DNA of 64,000 nt from assembly GCA_042577965.1 (NCBI GenBank), contig JBHPDK010000002.1, forward strand, positions 6,635 through 70,634, in the 5' to 3' direction. Position 1 is the first letter of the stretch, and each line of letters begins with the position of its first letter. The DNA is from Patescibacteria group bacterium (lineage in GTDB: Bacteria; Patescibacteriota; Gracilibacteria; UBA1369; PNNO01). The notes under the pieces were generated by a model. It was not told the DNA's origin. It saw only the letters and a program-made list of their open reading frames with translations, and searched no databases. Of the stretch, positions 18,101 through 28,369 are shown in pieces. Position numbers and translations under genes: made by a program.

Positions 18101-18685
18101 TTACTGCACAATCACGTTTGCAGGAACCTCAAATCTTTCAGGAGGAATGTCCACGTTTGTTTGAATTGAAACTGCCACAGTTTTATTGGTTAGACCTAGC
18201 ATTGTAATTTCCTTTTCAATCACAATTCCGTTCCATATGCAGGCAACTCCTATATTTGGAATGTTGTAAACATCGCATTGCTGACCAGCCACAACCTTTT
18301 TTGTTATAGCTTCCGGATCTGTAGCTGCGTCTTTAATTCCAAGGGCTTTTTTAACAATCGCCAGCTCCTGATCTTCCGCTGACATCGCTTTTAGACTTTC
18401 GTAGAAAGTTGTTGGAAGTTCAACCGCAGTTGCTTTATCCATATCAACTGAATAAATTTTATCACCCAGGTTTATCTCAAGAATGTTTCCGGCTTGTGTA
18501 GTTTTGTATGTTGCCTGTTGGTCTCCTCTCAAATATACAGTCATATCCCCTTCTTCCTGCCCTGTTAATTCATATTGAATAACTGCTGTATTAAAATCAT
18601 AAACAGCAATTTCTGTTGGATAATCCGCTGGAAGGCAGCCAGTAAAAAAAATCAAAGCAATAATTAAAGTAATGAATTTTTTCAT
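18101..18685 (-). CDS. Lipoprotein of unknown function
   Basis: Lipobox FTGC; VAGQQCDVY..ACIWNG..FEVP resembles the DUF4412 type. Confidence 0.7.
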   Translation of the reverse strand: MKKFITLIIALIFFTGCLPADYPTEIAVYDFNTAVIQYELTGQEEGDMTVYLRGDQQATYKTTQAGNILEINLGDKIYSVDMDKATAVELPTTFYESLKAMSAEDQELAIVKKALGIKDAATDPEAITKKVVAGQQCDVYNIPNIGVACIWNGIVIEKEITMLGLTNKTVAVSIQTNVDIPPERFEVPANVIVQ

Positions 18686-18742
18686 AGTTGTAGTATTAAA
18701 TACTTCTTTAGGAATATACCATCATGAGGCAAGATTGGCAAT

Positions 18743-19441
18743 CTACATCAGCACAATGTCGCCCCTTGCAAATAAAATAAGCAGCACTCCAAGTCCAACC
18801 ATTAAGAGGCCTGTGAACAGGCGCATCCATTTTTTATATTTTTCCTTCCAGTTTTTTATATGAAGTGCTGTTGTTCCAAAATATGCAAGCACCACAATAA
18901 CCGCCAAAGGAAGTACAAAAATTAAATTGTAAATAAACAGATACCAAAATGCTGTCCAATCTAATTTTTCTGCAAGAATTGTTGTGATTGCAAGATAGGG
19001 CCCACCCGTACATGGCAGCTCAACAGCTGAAACAATAATTCCTAAAATTATTGCACCTGGAATTGTAACATTTGCCGCGTGTTTTTTAACACGTTCAATT
19101 TGTGAAGATGGGATCGTTAAACTAAAACCCTTCCCGTACCAGAAAAAATCCTTAATTTCCACAAATCCTAAAAATATAACTAAAAATCCAACCATCACAC
19201 CTATCATCTCACCTATTTGGAGTTTGTGGATAACTGTAAGCAGACCAAGTCCAGCCAAAAAATATGTTACAAAAACCGCTCCCACATAAATTGCCCCAGT
19301 AATTAACAACTTCTTTTTGTGTTCTGACAACACCAAAAGTGTTGATATAAGTAGAACCAAAACACCTATAGCGCACGGATTTATCGAGTCTATAAGCGCT
19401 GTAACAAGTACTGTCGTGAGTTTTAAATCAACCATGTTCAA
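18743..19441 (-). CDS. CcdA/DsbD-type transmembrane thiol-redox protein
   Basis: DSINPC and VELPCTGGPY motifs; about 6 TM. Confidence 0.8.
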   Translation of the reverse strand: MNMVDLKLTTVLVTALIDSINPCAIGVLVLLISTLLVLSEHKKKLLITGAIYVGAVFVTYFLAGLGLLTVIHKLQIGEMIGVMVGFLVIFLGFVEIKDFFWYGKGFSLTIPSSQIERVKKHAANVTIPGAIILGIIVSAVELPCTGGPYLAITTILAEKLDWTAFWYLFIYNLIFVLPLAVIVVLAYFGTTALHIKNWKEKYKKWMRLFTGLLMVGLGVLLILFARGDIVLM

Positions 19442-19447
19442 AAGTTG

Positions 19448-19792
19448 TTAACAACCAAATTTTTCTGCAAGTTCTTCCGGGTCGTGTTTGCCCTGCAGCC
19501 ACGAGCCATCAGGAAGCTCCCATGCCGGAACAGTTTGTATGTCTTTTTCAACACAAATTTTTGCCTGCTCTAAATTTGTTCGAGCATCACACTCAACATA
19601 ATCTATATATTGAAAAGACGGACCAAAGCTCTCTTTTTGCTGCGTGCAATGACTACACCATACAGCGCCGTACATTTTTGCGCCTTTTTCAGTTAGGCAT
19701 TTTGCAATTTCAGTTAGCCGTGGATCTTCCGGAGCAGGCCCGCATCCAACTAAAATAGTAGCGCATATTAAAAATGGAATTAATTTTTTCAT
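19448..19792 (-). CDS. Thioredoxin-like lipoprotein (VKOR-partner type)
   Basis: Lipobox LVGC; MYGAVWCSHC, YVEC, VPAW. Confidence 0.85.
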   Translation of the reverse strand: MKKLIPFLICATILVGCGPAPEDPRLTEIAKCLTEKGAKMYGAVWCSHCTQQKESFGPSFQYIDYVECDARTNLEQAKICVEKDIQTVPAWELPDGSWLQGKHDPEELAEKFGC

Positions 19793-19802
19793 AAGATTTG
19801 GG

Positions 19803-20315
19803 TTAGCAAAATTCACACACTTTGGTTTCTTTAAGCCCCTGGTTGATGAGTTTGTGTGCCCACATATGAAGAGCAACAATAATCAAAACAAGTACTTGTT
19901 GGATTATACAATAAGGGCAATATACATAAAGCACAAAAGCTTCTACGTATGTTAAATAGAAAGAAAACAAAAGTCCAAAATATGTAAAATAACGTGTAAT
20001 ATTTAAAACAGTGTTTGGTCGCAGCCCCTTATAAATTTTATTAAAAGGCACGCGCAAAGCAACGCCCAGGGTTCCCACAAGAAGGCCAAAATAAAAAAGC
20101 GCTCCCCATATAGCAACTGGCACGCCAAACAAAACAGCATATTTTGATTGCGCAACTACCATACAGTCAAACACAGAGTTTAAAGAGCACCCTACAGCAC
20201 CCGGGTTATAAAACTCATATGCCAACAGCACCGAAACAGCTATGTTCAAAAATATAAATAAAGATGCATAATATAAAATTTTATTAACTTTTGGCCGAAC
20301 CAGTTTTTCAATCAT
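19803..20315 (-). CDS. Vitamin K epoxide reductase (VKOR) family disulfide-formation protein
   Basis: C..C loop pair, SKYAVLFGVP, CPYC. Confidence 0.9.
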   Translation of the reverse strand: MIEKLVRPKVNKILYYASLFIFLNIAVSVLLAYEFYNPGAVGCSLNSVFDCMVVAQSKYAVLFGVPVAIWGALFYFGLLVGTLGVALRVPFNKIYKGLRPNTVLNITRYFTYFGLLFSFYLTYVEAFVLYVYCPYCIIQQVLVLIIVALHMWAHKLINQGLKETKVCEFC

Positions 20316-20653
20316 GTCTTAAAGATGTTAATCATATGTTCATACTGACGCACAGTATAACAATTTTTAAACAGCCAATAAAGCGCTTTAATGTTTAGAG
20401 TGAACTTTTTTTCAACATCAATGTTTAAAACCCAGGGCGCCGCCGTGTCTAAATAAAAAGGCTAAATATTTAGTATGTGATTTTATAATATTTTCTTTAT
20501 TTAAACAACCCCCTTCTACTTCTAATATATATAAATATATATAATACATACAATCGTAAACGAAAAGAGTTTTAAAGAATGTCAAAAACTTTTGATTGTT
20601 TTATGGGGGGTAATTTGTATAATAGGGGTGATTAAATAATAAACCTCTCCAAT

Positions 20654-21760
20654 ATGAAAGTCTTTTGTGATCAAAAGGATTTGTCTTATGCGTTAAATAC
20701 AGTTAATAAGGCGATCAGTCCAAACAATACACTTCCTGTATTGAATAATATTCTACTTAAAGCTGAAAATAAAAAATTATACCTTTCAGCAACAAACCTC
20801 GAGCTCGCTATTAGTTTATTTATTGATGCGGATGTTAGGAACGAAGGGTCAATCACAGTCCCGGCAAGACTCCTTACAAACCACGTATCACTATTACAAG
20901 ATGGGCAGCTTGAAATGACAATATCAGACGGATTAGCTTTGGCTATTAAGTCAAAAGGGTCAGAAACTAAAATGAAAGGTATTAACGCAGATGAATTTCC
21001 ACTTATTCCTAAAATTGAAAATCCAAAAGTTGTTAAGATTTCAGCAAAAGATCTCAACAAAGCAATTACAAGAACCGTGTTCGCAGCCAGCCAAAACCCG
21101 GCAAAACCCGTTTTATCAGGCGTAAACTTTATTGTTGATAAAGATATTATGAAGGTAGTTGCAACAGACAGCTATAGGTTGGCAGAGCAAAAAATTAACT
21201 TAAAAGACAAAGTTGATTTTAGTGTTCAGTCGATTATTCCAGCGCGAACAGTACAGGAATTAGGAAAGGTTGTTGGAAGAGAAGATGATAAAGATGTAGA
21301 AATGGAATTTTCAGACAGCCAGATTTTGTTCAAGATTGGGAATACAGAAATCACATCAAGATTAATCGAGGGCGCATTCCCTGCTTATGAAAAAATCTTC
21401 CCAAAAACAAGCAAGACTAAAATTGAAGTTGGAATCGAAGAGTTTATTCAGACAGTTAAAAGGGTTTCGCTTTTTGCGAGGGAAAATAACAACAACATTA
21501 AGCTTGCAGCAACAAACGACGGCAAATTAACAATTTCAACAGATGAAACAAAGGTGGGTGAAGAAAAAGCAGAAGTAGATGTTGAAGTAAGCGGCGAAAA
21601 CAACAAGATTGCGCTTAATGCTCAGTATTTAGGGGATGTTCTATCTTATCTGGATATAGACAGGGCGCGGGTTGAGTTAAACGACAAACTTTCACCTGCT
21701 GCAATTAAGCCTTGCAAAGATGATGACTATGTCTATATAATCATGCCACTAAAAGTATAA
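20654..21760 (+). CDS. dnaN: DNA polymerase III beta clamp
   Basis: ATNLE, VATDSYRL, SRLIEGAFP, YIIMPL. Confidence 0.98.
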   Translation: MKVFCDQKDLSYALNTVNKAISPNNTLPVLNNILLKAENKKLYLSATNLELAISLFIDADVRNEGSITVPARLLTNHVSLLQDGQLEMTISDGLALAIKSKGSETKMKGINADEFPLIPKIENPKVVKISAKDLNKAITRTVFAASQNPAKPVLSGVNFIVDKDIMKVVATDSYRLAEQKINLKDKVDFSVQSIIPARTVQELGKVVGREDDKDVEMEFSDSQILFKIGNTEITSRLIEGAFPAYEKIFPKTSKTKIEVGIEEFIQTVKRVSLFARENNNNIKLAATNDGKLTISTDETKVGEEKAEVDVEVSGENNKIALNAQYLGDVLSYLDIDRARVELNDKLSPAAIKPCKDDDYVYIIMPLKV

Positions 21761-21790
21761 ATTCAACCTCTTTTAAAAATATAAACCTAG

Positions 21791-24700
21791 TTGGTTCCGA
21801 AAGAAATTAAAATCAGTGATCTTTTTGATACTGCCCAGAATATTCGCGTTTTGGATCTTTTTCATAAACACAAAAATATCAGCCTAAGTGGGGCTGGGAA
21901 CGCTGCATCAAAGGCATTTGTGGTATTTGAGCTTCTTAAAAAATACAAAGAATATAAGAAGATTTTATGGATTGTTAATGACCCAATGGAACAGGAAAAT
22001 TTAATTAAATCATTACACGTTTGGAGCAACATCCAAACATATAGTTATTTATTAAAAGAGGAAATTTCTCAGGAAAATTTAATTGAAACCCTGAGCACAA
22101 TTGCGCATCTACAGGATGCTGCAAAAAAAATAATAATTGCACCTTATCAGACAATCCTTGAAGACGTTACGTCAAAACAAGAGCTTGATGAATCAAAATT
22201 TATGATCGAGGAGGGCCAAAATATAACAAATATTGAATTAATTGAAGCACTGGTTGAGCTTGGATACGAAGTTGCACCAGGTGATTTTTTAGAAAAAGGA
22301 ATGTACTACCAGAAAGGTGAAATCATAACGGTTTACCCTGTAAATACCGATCACCCAATTAGGTTCGAGCTTGCATTTGATAAAATCGAAGCACTTGATT
22401 TATATGAACAGGAAAACGGTAAAAAAACCGTTAAAAAGCTAAAAAAAGCTGAAATTTATCCTTTAAAAATAAAAACCGACACAGGTGTTTTAACAGAATA
22501 TCTCGACAAACACACGCTGCTGATCGAGGACGAAATCGATGTTATAGATGATTATTTTGAGGCCTGGAACGCTTTAATGGACGAAGCCTACGAAAAAAGC
22601 GCCTCTTTAACTTTTACAACTTTCAACGAAGACGTCTCTCAACACGAGCACCTTCATTATTTATCAGTGTTAAGTTATCGTGGCTCATACGACTTTATAA
22701 GCGACCTTAGGGACAAACAAAGAAACAACTGGAATGTTGTAATTTACACTAAAAAAATAGATGAGCTTAAAGAGATGCTGGGCGAAAGTAATGTTCCTTA
22801 TACGGAAGATTTAAAACAACTGGCAGATCCTCAAAAAAGTCCAAACTTTTTATTTTTAGTTAATTTGGATGTTGAGGCGGTATTCCCAAAATCATTCCAA
22901 AATCCAGAAATAAAACTACTGTTTTTAAGTGATAAAGATATTTTGTCGCTAAAAGAAGAAGCCAAAAAGTCATTTAATCAAAAAGTGTACTTAGACTTCT
23001 TAACCGGCTTAAAGCCTAACGATTTCGTTGTTCATGCAGATCACGGAATCGCAAGATTTTATGGCCTTGAAAAAAAAACCGTAGATGAAATTACGCGTGA
23101 ATATTTAAAACTCGGGTACGCAGAAAACGACAAACTTTTTGTACCGATTGATCAGGCCGACAAAGTCAACAAATATATCGGAGCTGAAGAAAACGCGCCA
23201 AAACTTACACGCCTTGGTTCGGCTGAGTGGGCAACCGTGACTAGTCGTGTTAGAAAAGAAACTGAAATAATCGCAAAAGAACTTTTGGTTTTATATGCAA
23301 AACGAAAAACTGCAAAAGGATTCAAATTTAAGTTGGACAATGATCTTCAGGCAAAATTTGAAGCAACCTTCCCATACGAAGAAACACCTGGTCAGTTTAA
23401 ATCTATTAATGATGTTAAAGAAGATATGGAAAGAGAAATTCCAATGGACCGTCTTGTTTGCGGGGATGTTGGATTTGGAAAAACCGAGGTAGCTATGCGC
23501 GCGGCATTTAAGGCTGTACAAAGCGGGAAGCAGGTTGCGCTGGTTTCGCCAATTACAATTTTAACAGACCAACATTACCGTTCGTTCACTAAAAGAATGA
23601 ATCAGTTTGATGTGCGAATCGAAATGCTTTCGCGCTTTAGAACTCCAAAACAACAGCGCGAAATTTTAGGACGCCTTGAAAAAGGAGAAGTAGATATTGT
23701 TATTGGAACACACAGATTATTACAACCGGATATTAAATTTAAAGACCTTGGACTCATTATCGTGGATGAAGAGCAAAGATTTGGGGTTAAGCAAAAAGAG
23801 AAATTAAAAGAAATAAAAAGCGAAGTGGATGTTGTGACTTTAACAGCAACACCAATTCCACGAACCCTAAATATCTGCTTAAACAAACTACGCGATATAA
23901 CCACTATTACAACACCTCCCCCGGGCCGTTTACCTGTAATTACAGAGGTGCGACGTTTTAGTAATGGTCTTATCCGGGATGCAATTCTGCGCGAAGTAAA
24001 ACGCAACGGCCAAATTTACTTTTTACACAACCGTGTTCAGACAATTGATGGTATGGCAGATAAATTACGTAAACTTGTACCAGAGGCAACGTTTGGGGTC
24101 GCACACGGCAAGCTCGGAACAGGAGACCTTGAAGAAACAATCGTTGCATTTAAAGAGCACAAATTTGACGTGCTCGTAAGCTCAACAATTATTGAAAATG
24201 GAATCGATCTGGCAAACGCTAATACTTTAATTGTTAATAATGCAGAAAAATTCGGGCTGGCACAGCTTTACCAGTTACGTGGACGTGTTGGCCGTGGAAA
24301 AACACAGGCTTACGCATACTTTTTGTATCACGGGCAAAGGCTTAAATTAGACGCGAAAAAGCGTTTACGTGCAATTGTTGAAGCCAGCGACCTGGGTAGC
24401 GGATTCCAGATTGCCATGAAAGACCTTGAGATTCGCGGAGCCGGCGATATTTTAGGAGCCAATCAACACGGAGTGATAAATGTTGTGGGTGTTTCGCATT
24501 TTATCCGCATGTTAAATAAGGCAGTTGAAGACCTTAAAGCAGGTCGCCTTGAAGCTGGCAAAGAAGGCGAAGAAGCATTTGAAGTTGCAATTGAGCTTCC
24601 GGTTTCAGCGTTTATTCCTGACGATTACATTGTTAATGCAAAAGATAAAATTAATGCGTATCAAAAGATTTCAGGTGCGGATGGTCTGGAATATTTAAAT

Positions 24701-25033
24701 GATTTAAATAAAGAGATGGTACAGGAGTATGGGAAAATGCCGCGCGAAGTTCAGAATTTATTCAGAGTCCTTGTGTTAAAAATCGAATCTAAAAAAGCAG
24801 GCTTAACAAATGTAAAAGCTGAAAATGTGCACATGGATCGTGGCAAGCAAATTGTTTTATCAATGTCTAAAAAGGTAAGACCAGAGAACATAATGAACCT
24901 CCTGGAATATAATCCAAAGTGGATAATAAGCGGAACAAAGCTAAAAATTAATATTGAGGACCTGGGGCTCCACTGGTTTGATGCATTAAAAGACAACGTT
25001 AAAAAACTGCAAAAAGCTTTAAAAACAAAATAA
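21791..25033 (+). CDS. mfd: Transcription-repair coupling factor
   Basis: CarD-like domain, CGDVGFGKT, DEEQRFG, QLRGRVGR, TRCF C-terminus. Confidence 0.98.
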   Translation: MVPKEIKISDLFDTAQNIRVLDLFHKHKNISLSGAGNAASKAFVVFELLKKYKEYKKILWIVNDPMEQENLIKSLHVWSNIQTYSYLLKEEISQENLIETLSTIAHLQDAAKKIIIAPYQTILEDVTSKQELDESKFMIEEGQNITNIELIEALVELGYEVAPGDFLEKGMYYQKGEIITVYPVNTDHPIRFELAFDKIEALDLYEQENGKKTVKKLKKAEIYPLKIKTDTGVLTEYLDKHTLLIEDEIDVIDDYFEAWNALMDEAYEKSASLTFTTFNEDVSQHEHLHYLSVLSYRGSYDFISDLRDKQRNNWNVVIYTKKIDELKEMLGESNVPYTEDLKQLADPQKSPNFLFLVNLDVEAVFPKSFQNPEIKLLFLSDKDILSLKEEAKKSFNQKVYLDFLTGLKPNDFVVHADHGIARFYGLEKKTVDEITREYLKLGYAENDKLFVPIDQADKVNKYIGAEENAPKLTRLGSAEWATVTSRVRKETEIIAKELLVLYAKRKTAKGFKFKLDNDLQAKFEATFPYEETPGQFKSINDVKEDMEREIPMDRLVCGDVGFGKTEVAMRAAFKAVQSGKQVALVSPITILTDQHYRSFTKRMNQFDVRIEMLSRFRTPKQQREILGRLEKGEVDIVIGTHRLLQPDIKFKDLGLIIVDEEQRFGVKQKEKLKEIKSEVDVVTLTATPIPRTLNICLNKLRDITTITTPPPGRLPVITEVRRFSNGLIRDAILREVKRNGQIYFLHNRVQTIDGMADKLRKLVPEATFGVAHGKLGTGDLEETIVAFKEHKFDVLVSSTIIENGIDLANANTLIVNNAEKFGLAQLYQLRGRVGRGKTQAYAYFLYHGQRLKLDAKKRLRAIVEASDLGSGFQIAMKDLEIRGAGDILGANQHGVINVVGVSHFIRMLNKAVEDLKAGRLEAGKEGEEAFEVAIELPVSAFIPDDYIVNAKDKINAYQKISGADGLEYLNDLNKEMVQEYGKMPREVQNLFRVLVLKIESKKAGLTNVKAENVHMDRGKQIVLSMSKKVRPENIMNLLEYNPKWIISGTKLKINIEDLGLHWFDALKDNVKKLQKALKTK

Positions 25034-25222
25034 ACAATTAAAAAACTTGACTTCTTGGTCAGAACCATTATAATCACAGCACAATTGATACTGGCTATAT
25101 GCTTTATTGACCCTGCTTTCGAGTAGTGGCTTAGCGCGCAGCCATTGATTGACAAGTAGGGGGTAGTTACCCACACATTTATTCCCACTCACCCGCGGCG
25201 TTTAAAGGAGGACAAATCTAGT

Positions 25223-25465
25223 ATGGTAGATTCGACGGGGAAAGGCACAGTGATTTTACTGATCATTTGTGGGCAGCAGTCGTACCGTTTCCACGCTCCC
25301 CTGGAGCACGTGGAAAACATCAAGCTGACATTTGCAAAAGGATGCACTGTTCAGGGACCGTACGATCAGGACCTCGTGAAGATCGAGAACGTCCCACCCG
25401 CGCCCAGGCGCAAGAAGCGGTCAGCTGGGCCTATGAGGAAGGCCGCCTTAAAGATCAGGAAGTAG
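25223..25465 (+). CDS. GC-rich hypothetical 80-aa protein enclosed by paired UTRs
   Basis: AAAGGAGG SD; promoter TTGACT-16-TATAAT at 25047-25074. Confidence 0.55.
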   Translation: MVDSTGKGTVILLIICGQQSYRFHAPLEHVENIKLTFAKGCTVQGPYDQDLVKIENVPPAPRRKKRSAGPMRKAALKIRK

Positions 25466-25595
25466 ACTAGTTAAATGCTGTGTGGGAACCATGACGGAGG
25501 CCGTATGTGCCAATTCCGTTTCAATACTACCCCCTCACAGCTAATCTGGATTAATTTTGAAAAACCTTTAAAATATACAATGTTCTTTGATTTAT

Positions 25596-26013
25596 GGGGA
25601 TGTACTGGCATTCGACAGAGGTATTTTTAATTTGCTGGTTGCAATCAGGGGATCGCGCTGTCTCCCCTTATATCCGTCCAGCGCATTTATAATTGCTGAC
25701 GAAGCTTATAATAAAGCTGCTTTCGCAAAACTCTTCAAAGCTCCGGCTTTAAGAGTTCCTGCAATGGCAGTTGCCTAAGTGCCTAAGTGTACTTACGTCC
25801 TTATAATTGATGTCTAATATTTTATAAGGGCGCAAATTATTAGACTGTATCTCTTTTTATGATTTGGATTGAGATCGAGGAATCTACAAATCATCCGCCT
25901 TCTCGGCTTTTTGTTCGTTCTTTATCGTTGAGGCGTAACTAAAACGAACTAAGATTGTAGACACTAACATTTTAGGCCTTTGCACCCGGGTTCGACTCCC
26001 GGCATCTCCACCA
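25596..26013 (+). ncRNA. ssrA: tmRNA; tag reading frame 25695-25778, (A)ADEAYNKAAFAKLFKAPALRVPAMAVA
   Basis: 5' GGGGATG..TTCGAC; 3' CCGGGTTCGACTCCCGGCATCTCCACCA; ATAATT precedes the resume codon. Confidence 0.95.
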
Positions 26014-26023
26014 AATGGCTTGT

Positions 26024-26815
26024 TTAAGGGCATTTTGGCTGTTTGCTTAACCATAATTTTGCAGTAGGGAATCCTTTTGTTGAATCCTTAGGTACAGTTT
26101 CTGCTGACAATAAACCATATGAGCCATACATTGCACCAGCAGCCCACCTTCTTGAACCAGTTTGGGCGCACAATATATCCCGTTCTTTCCAAATACATTC
26201 AGCCCCTATCATTGGATTACCAAAAGATATTACCCTTCTATATCTTGTATCAAGACAGGCATCAATTTGACCTTCAAACAAAATTCTTAGCCTTTCTGGG
26301 CTAACTTCTGCTTTACCACCCTCAATTCTACTTTTTTTTCTCTCATAACCTTCTAATGCATCAGCTATTGTAATAGCTAATTGTTGCAAGTCTTTAAAAG
26401 ATTGTTGTTCAAGAACTTGTTTTCTTTGTTCATCTGTAAGGTTTGCAAATTTAATTTTTCTATTATCTTTAATTGCATAAATAGCAATCCCATCATTTTG
26501 ATTTGCCAATTCAATACTAGTTCCATCTGGTAGCTTTTTTAAAACTTCGCTTCCTCTGCGCATTGGAAATTCTTTATCCATTGGTTGAGGATTTGAAAGC
26601 GGTATAGGTGTATCAGCTTTATCTACGTCTACCCTATTAGGTTTTGTTGGTAAGCGTTTTGTAGATGCTTTTGGTTCTTCCGTATTAGGCTTTTTGCCTT
26701 CGCAAGCTGCAGCAGTTAAAGCTAAAATAGCAGCAGCTAAAGTGGCAACAGCTTTTGAATTATGTATTTGTTCAGTACGACTTGTTGGTACTTGTGCTTT
26801 TAAGACTTCGTTCAT
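26024..26815 (-). CDS. Hypothetical protein, possible lipoprotein
   Basis: 263-aa ORF; hydrophobic stretch ending AAAC. Confidence 0.7.
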   Translation of the reverse strand: MNEVLKAQVPTSRTEQIHNSKAVATLAAAILALTAAACEGKKPNTEEPKASTKRLPTKPNRVDVDKADTPIPLSNPQPMDKEFPMRRGSEVLKKLPDGTSIELANQNDGIAIYAIKDNRKIKFANLTDEQRKQVLEQQSFKDLQQLAITIADALEGYERKKSRIEGGKAEVSPERLRILFEGQIDACLDTRYRRVISFGNPMIGAECIWKERDILCAQTGSRRWAAGAMYGSYGLLSAETVPKDSTKGFPTAKLWLSKQPKCP

Positions 26816-26960
26816 AATAACTTTATTAAGCTGTGTTTAAATTACTGGTTAATTGTGCTCTGTGTCAAATATATATAAACGCACCTAATTCCAATTCCCC
26901 ACATGTGTTATATATAAATATAATATTTACTTTTAAATAAGCCTTTAAACAGCGCATGCC

Positions 26961-27040
26961 TTAAGCTTTCTCACTAAAGGCAGCCACTCAACAACCGCTT
27001 CATTAAACGAGTTCCAAAAATTTTGGCCTGTGTCCACCAA
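26961..27040. repeat. 80-bp direct repeat, copy 1; attP-arm-like, ends TCCACCAA
   Basis: 77/80 identical to 27548-27627. Confidence 0.95.
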
Positions 27041-27079
27041 ATTACCCCTTTTCGTTTTAAAACGAGATTTAGATATGGG

Positions 27080-27118
27080 AAAAGGAGGGATAGATCTTTT
27101 TAGTTATCTATCCGCTCC
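27080..27118 (-). terminator. Intrinsic terminator
   Basis: Minus strand GGAGCGGATAGAT...ATCTATCCCTCC-TTTT. Confidence 0.7.
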
Positions 27119-27192
27119 AATTTCCTCGTCTTTAGCTATACTCACCAACACTTTCTGCAGCTAGTTGCTGCCAGTTCAGTCAGTTGTACAGG

Positions 27193-27324
27193 TTATCGCC
27201 CACCTCCTCGAGCCAATTGTCGTTGGATCCGCATGTCGGCTCTTATGACGCAGATCGCCACAATTATGGCGGCCACCGTGAGGGCAACAATTATTGTCGA
27301 GAAAATAACCTCAAGGATCCACAT
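27193..27324 (-). CDS. 43-aa single-TM peptide, absent from the ORF track
   Basis: MWILEVIFSTIIVALTVAAIIVAICVIRADMRIQRQLARGGGR; SD AAAGGAG; promoter TTGACA-17-TATAGT at 27506-27478. Confidence 0.7.
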   Translation of the reverse strand: MWILEVIFSTIIVALTVAAIIVAICVIRADMRIQRQLARGGGR

Positions 27325-27547
27325 TTCGTTCTCCTTTGATTAAACGTTTTGGTGTCTTATTAGCAGACGAGGAACAAATGCCCCTCGCAGCTCTCTCAGA
27401 CATATCTGAAAAGCCTTGAATGAGGCGTTTGTGTTCATCAACTAACAGTCGTTAAATTTTCAAGGGGCGGAAGTGCAACTATACGGCAACCAAGCGCCTT
27501 TGTCAACTCTTGCGCCATCTTTTACTGCTAAGGTTAAATACTATTCG

Positions 27548-27627
27548 TTAAGTTTTCTCACTAAAGGCAGCCACTCAACAACCGCTTCATTAAACGAGTT
27601 CCAAAAATTTTGGCCTTGGTCCACCAA
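27548..27627. repeat. 80-bp direct repeat, copy 2
   Basis: Matches 26961-27040. Confidence 0.95.
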
Positions 27628-27685
27628 CATTGACAAAACATGAAGACCGTGTTACCATTTTAATGGTAAATGTTAAAAATTAAAA

Positions 27686-28342
27686 ATGGATTTAAGCAAA
27701 GAACAATCATCTTCAAAAACTATAAAAATCAACAATTTAAGAGACCTTTGCACAACAGATGGATTAGCTGTGCCTAGAGAAACTATGCCTCAAGAGCTTC
27801 AAGAATTAGCTAATGAAAAAGTGCAGAGTGTTCTTGTTGTTGAAGACCAACAAGGAGGAAGCATTGAATACAACCCTAGATTTTTATCAATAACATCTCG
27901 GGATCTTGAAGCTGAAGAAGTTACTGGAATTCGAGGCTCTTTAATCCGTGCAGTGCAAAAAGTTGAAAATGAAGTTGATTCGCAGACTATGTTATTAGAC
28001 GAAATATTGCCAGAAGACAATGACCTTTTAGCTTATTTGGTAGATAAATTATCAACACCAGAAAAGGAAATCCAAATCGGCACAGAAACTGATGCTATTT
28101 GTAATTATATAAGGTTTTACAGTACTTCGGATGACCGCTTTATTGTTACAGCAGAATCATCTAGCCCTGAATATGTTGATTATTTACACATTGTAGAAGT
28201 GGATATAAAAAATGGTACACCAAAAATTAATCCAACCACACAAGGAGAAGATGCGAGGCCATTAACGCAAGCAGATCCACTTATGAAGAACATCTTAGTG
28301 CTTGCTGAAATGCTAATTAAAAGAAAGCAAACCGAAGCTTAA
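27686..28342 (+). CDS. Hypothetical protein
   Basis: 218-aa ORF; promoter TTGACA-17-TACCAT at 27630-27658. Confidence 0.75.
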   Translation: MDLSKEQSSSKTIKINNLRDLCTTDGLAVPRETMPQELQELANEKVQSVLVVEDQQGGSIEYNPRFLSITSRDLEAEEVTGIRGSLIRAVQKVENEVDSQTMLLDEILPEDNDLLAYLVDKLSTPEKEIQIGTETDAICNYIRFYSTSDDRFIVTAESSSPEYVDYLHIVEVDIKNGTPKINPTTQGEDARPLTQADPLMKNILVLAEMLIKRKQTEA

Positions 28343-28369
28343 TATAAAATGCTAGAATTAGTTGAATTT

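Noticed and set aside
20316-20653. oriC upstream of dnaN
   Set aside because: AT-rich, but no dnaA and no TTATCCACA-type box cluster that I could find.
25587-25778. 63-aa protein-coding ORF
   Set aside because: Lies inside tmRNA; only the tag frame is real.
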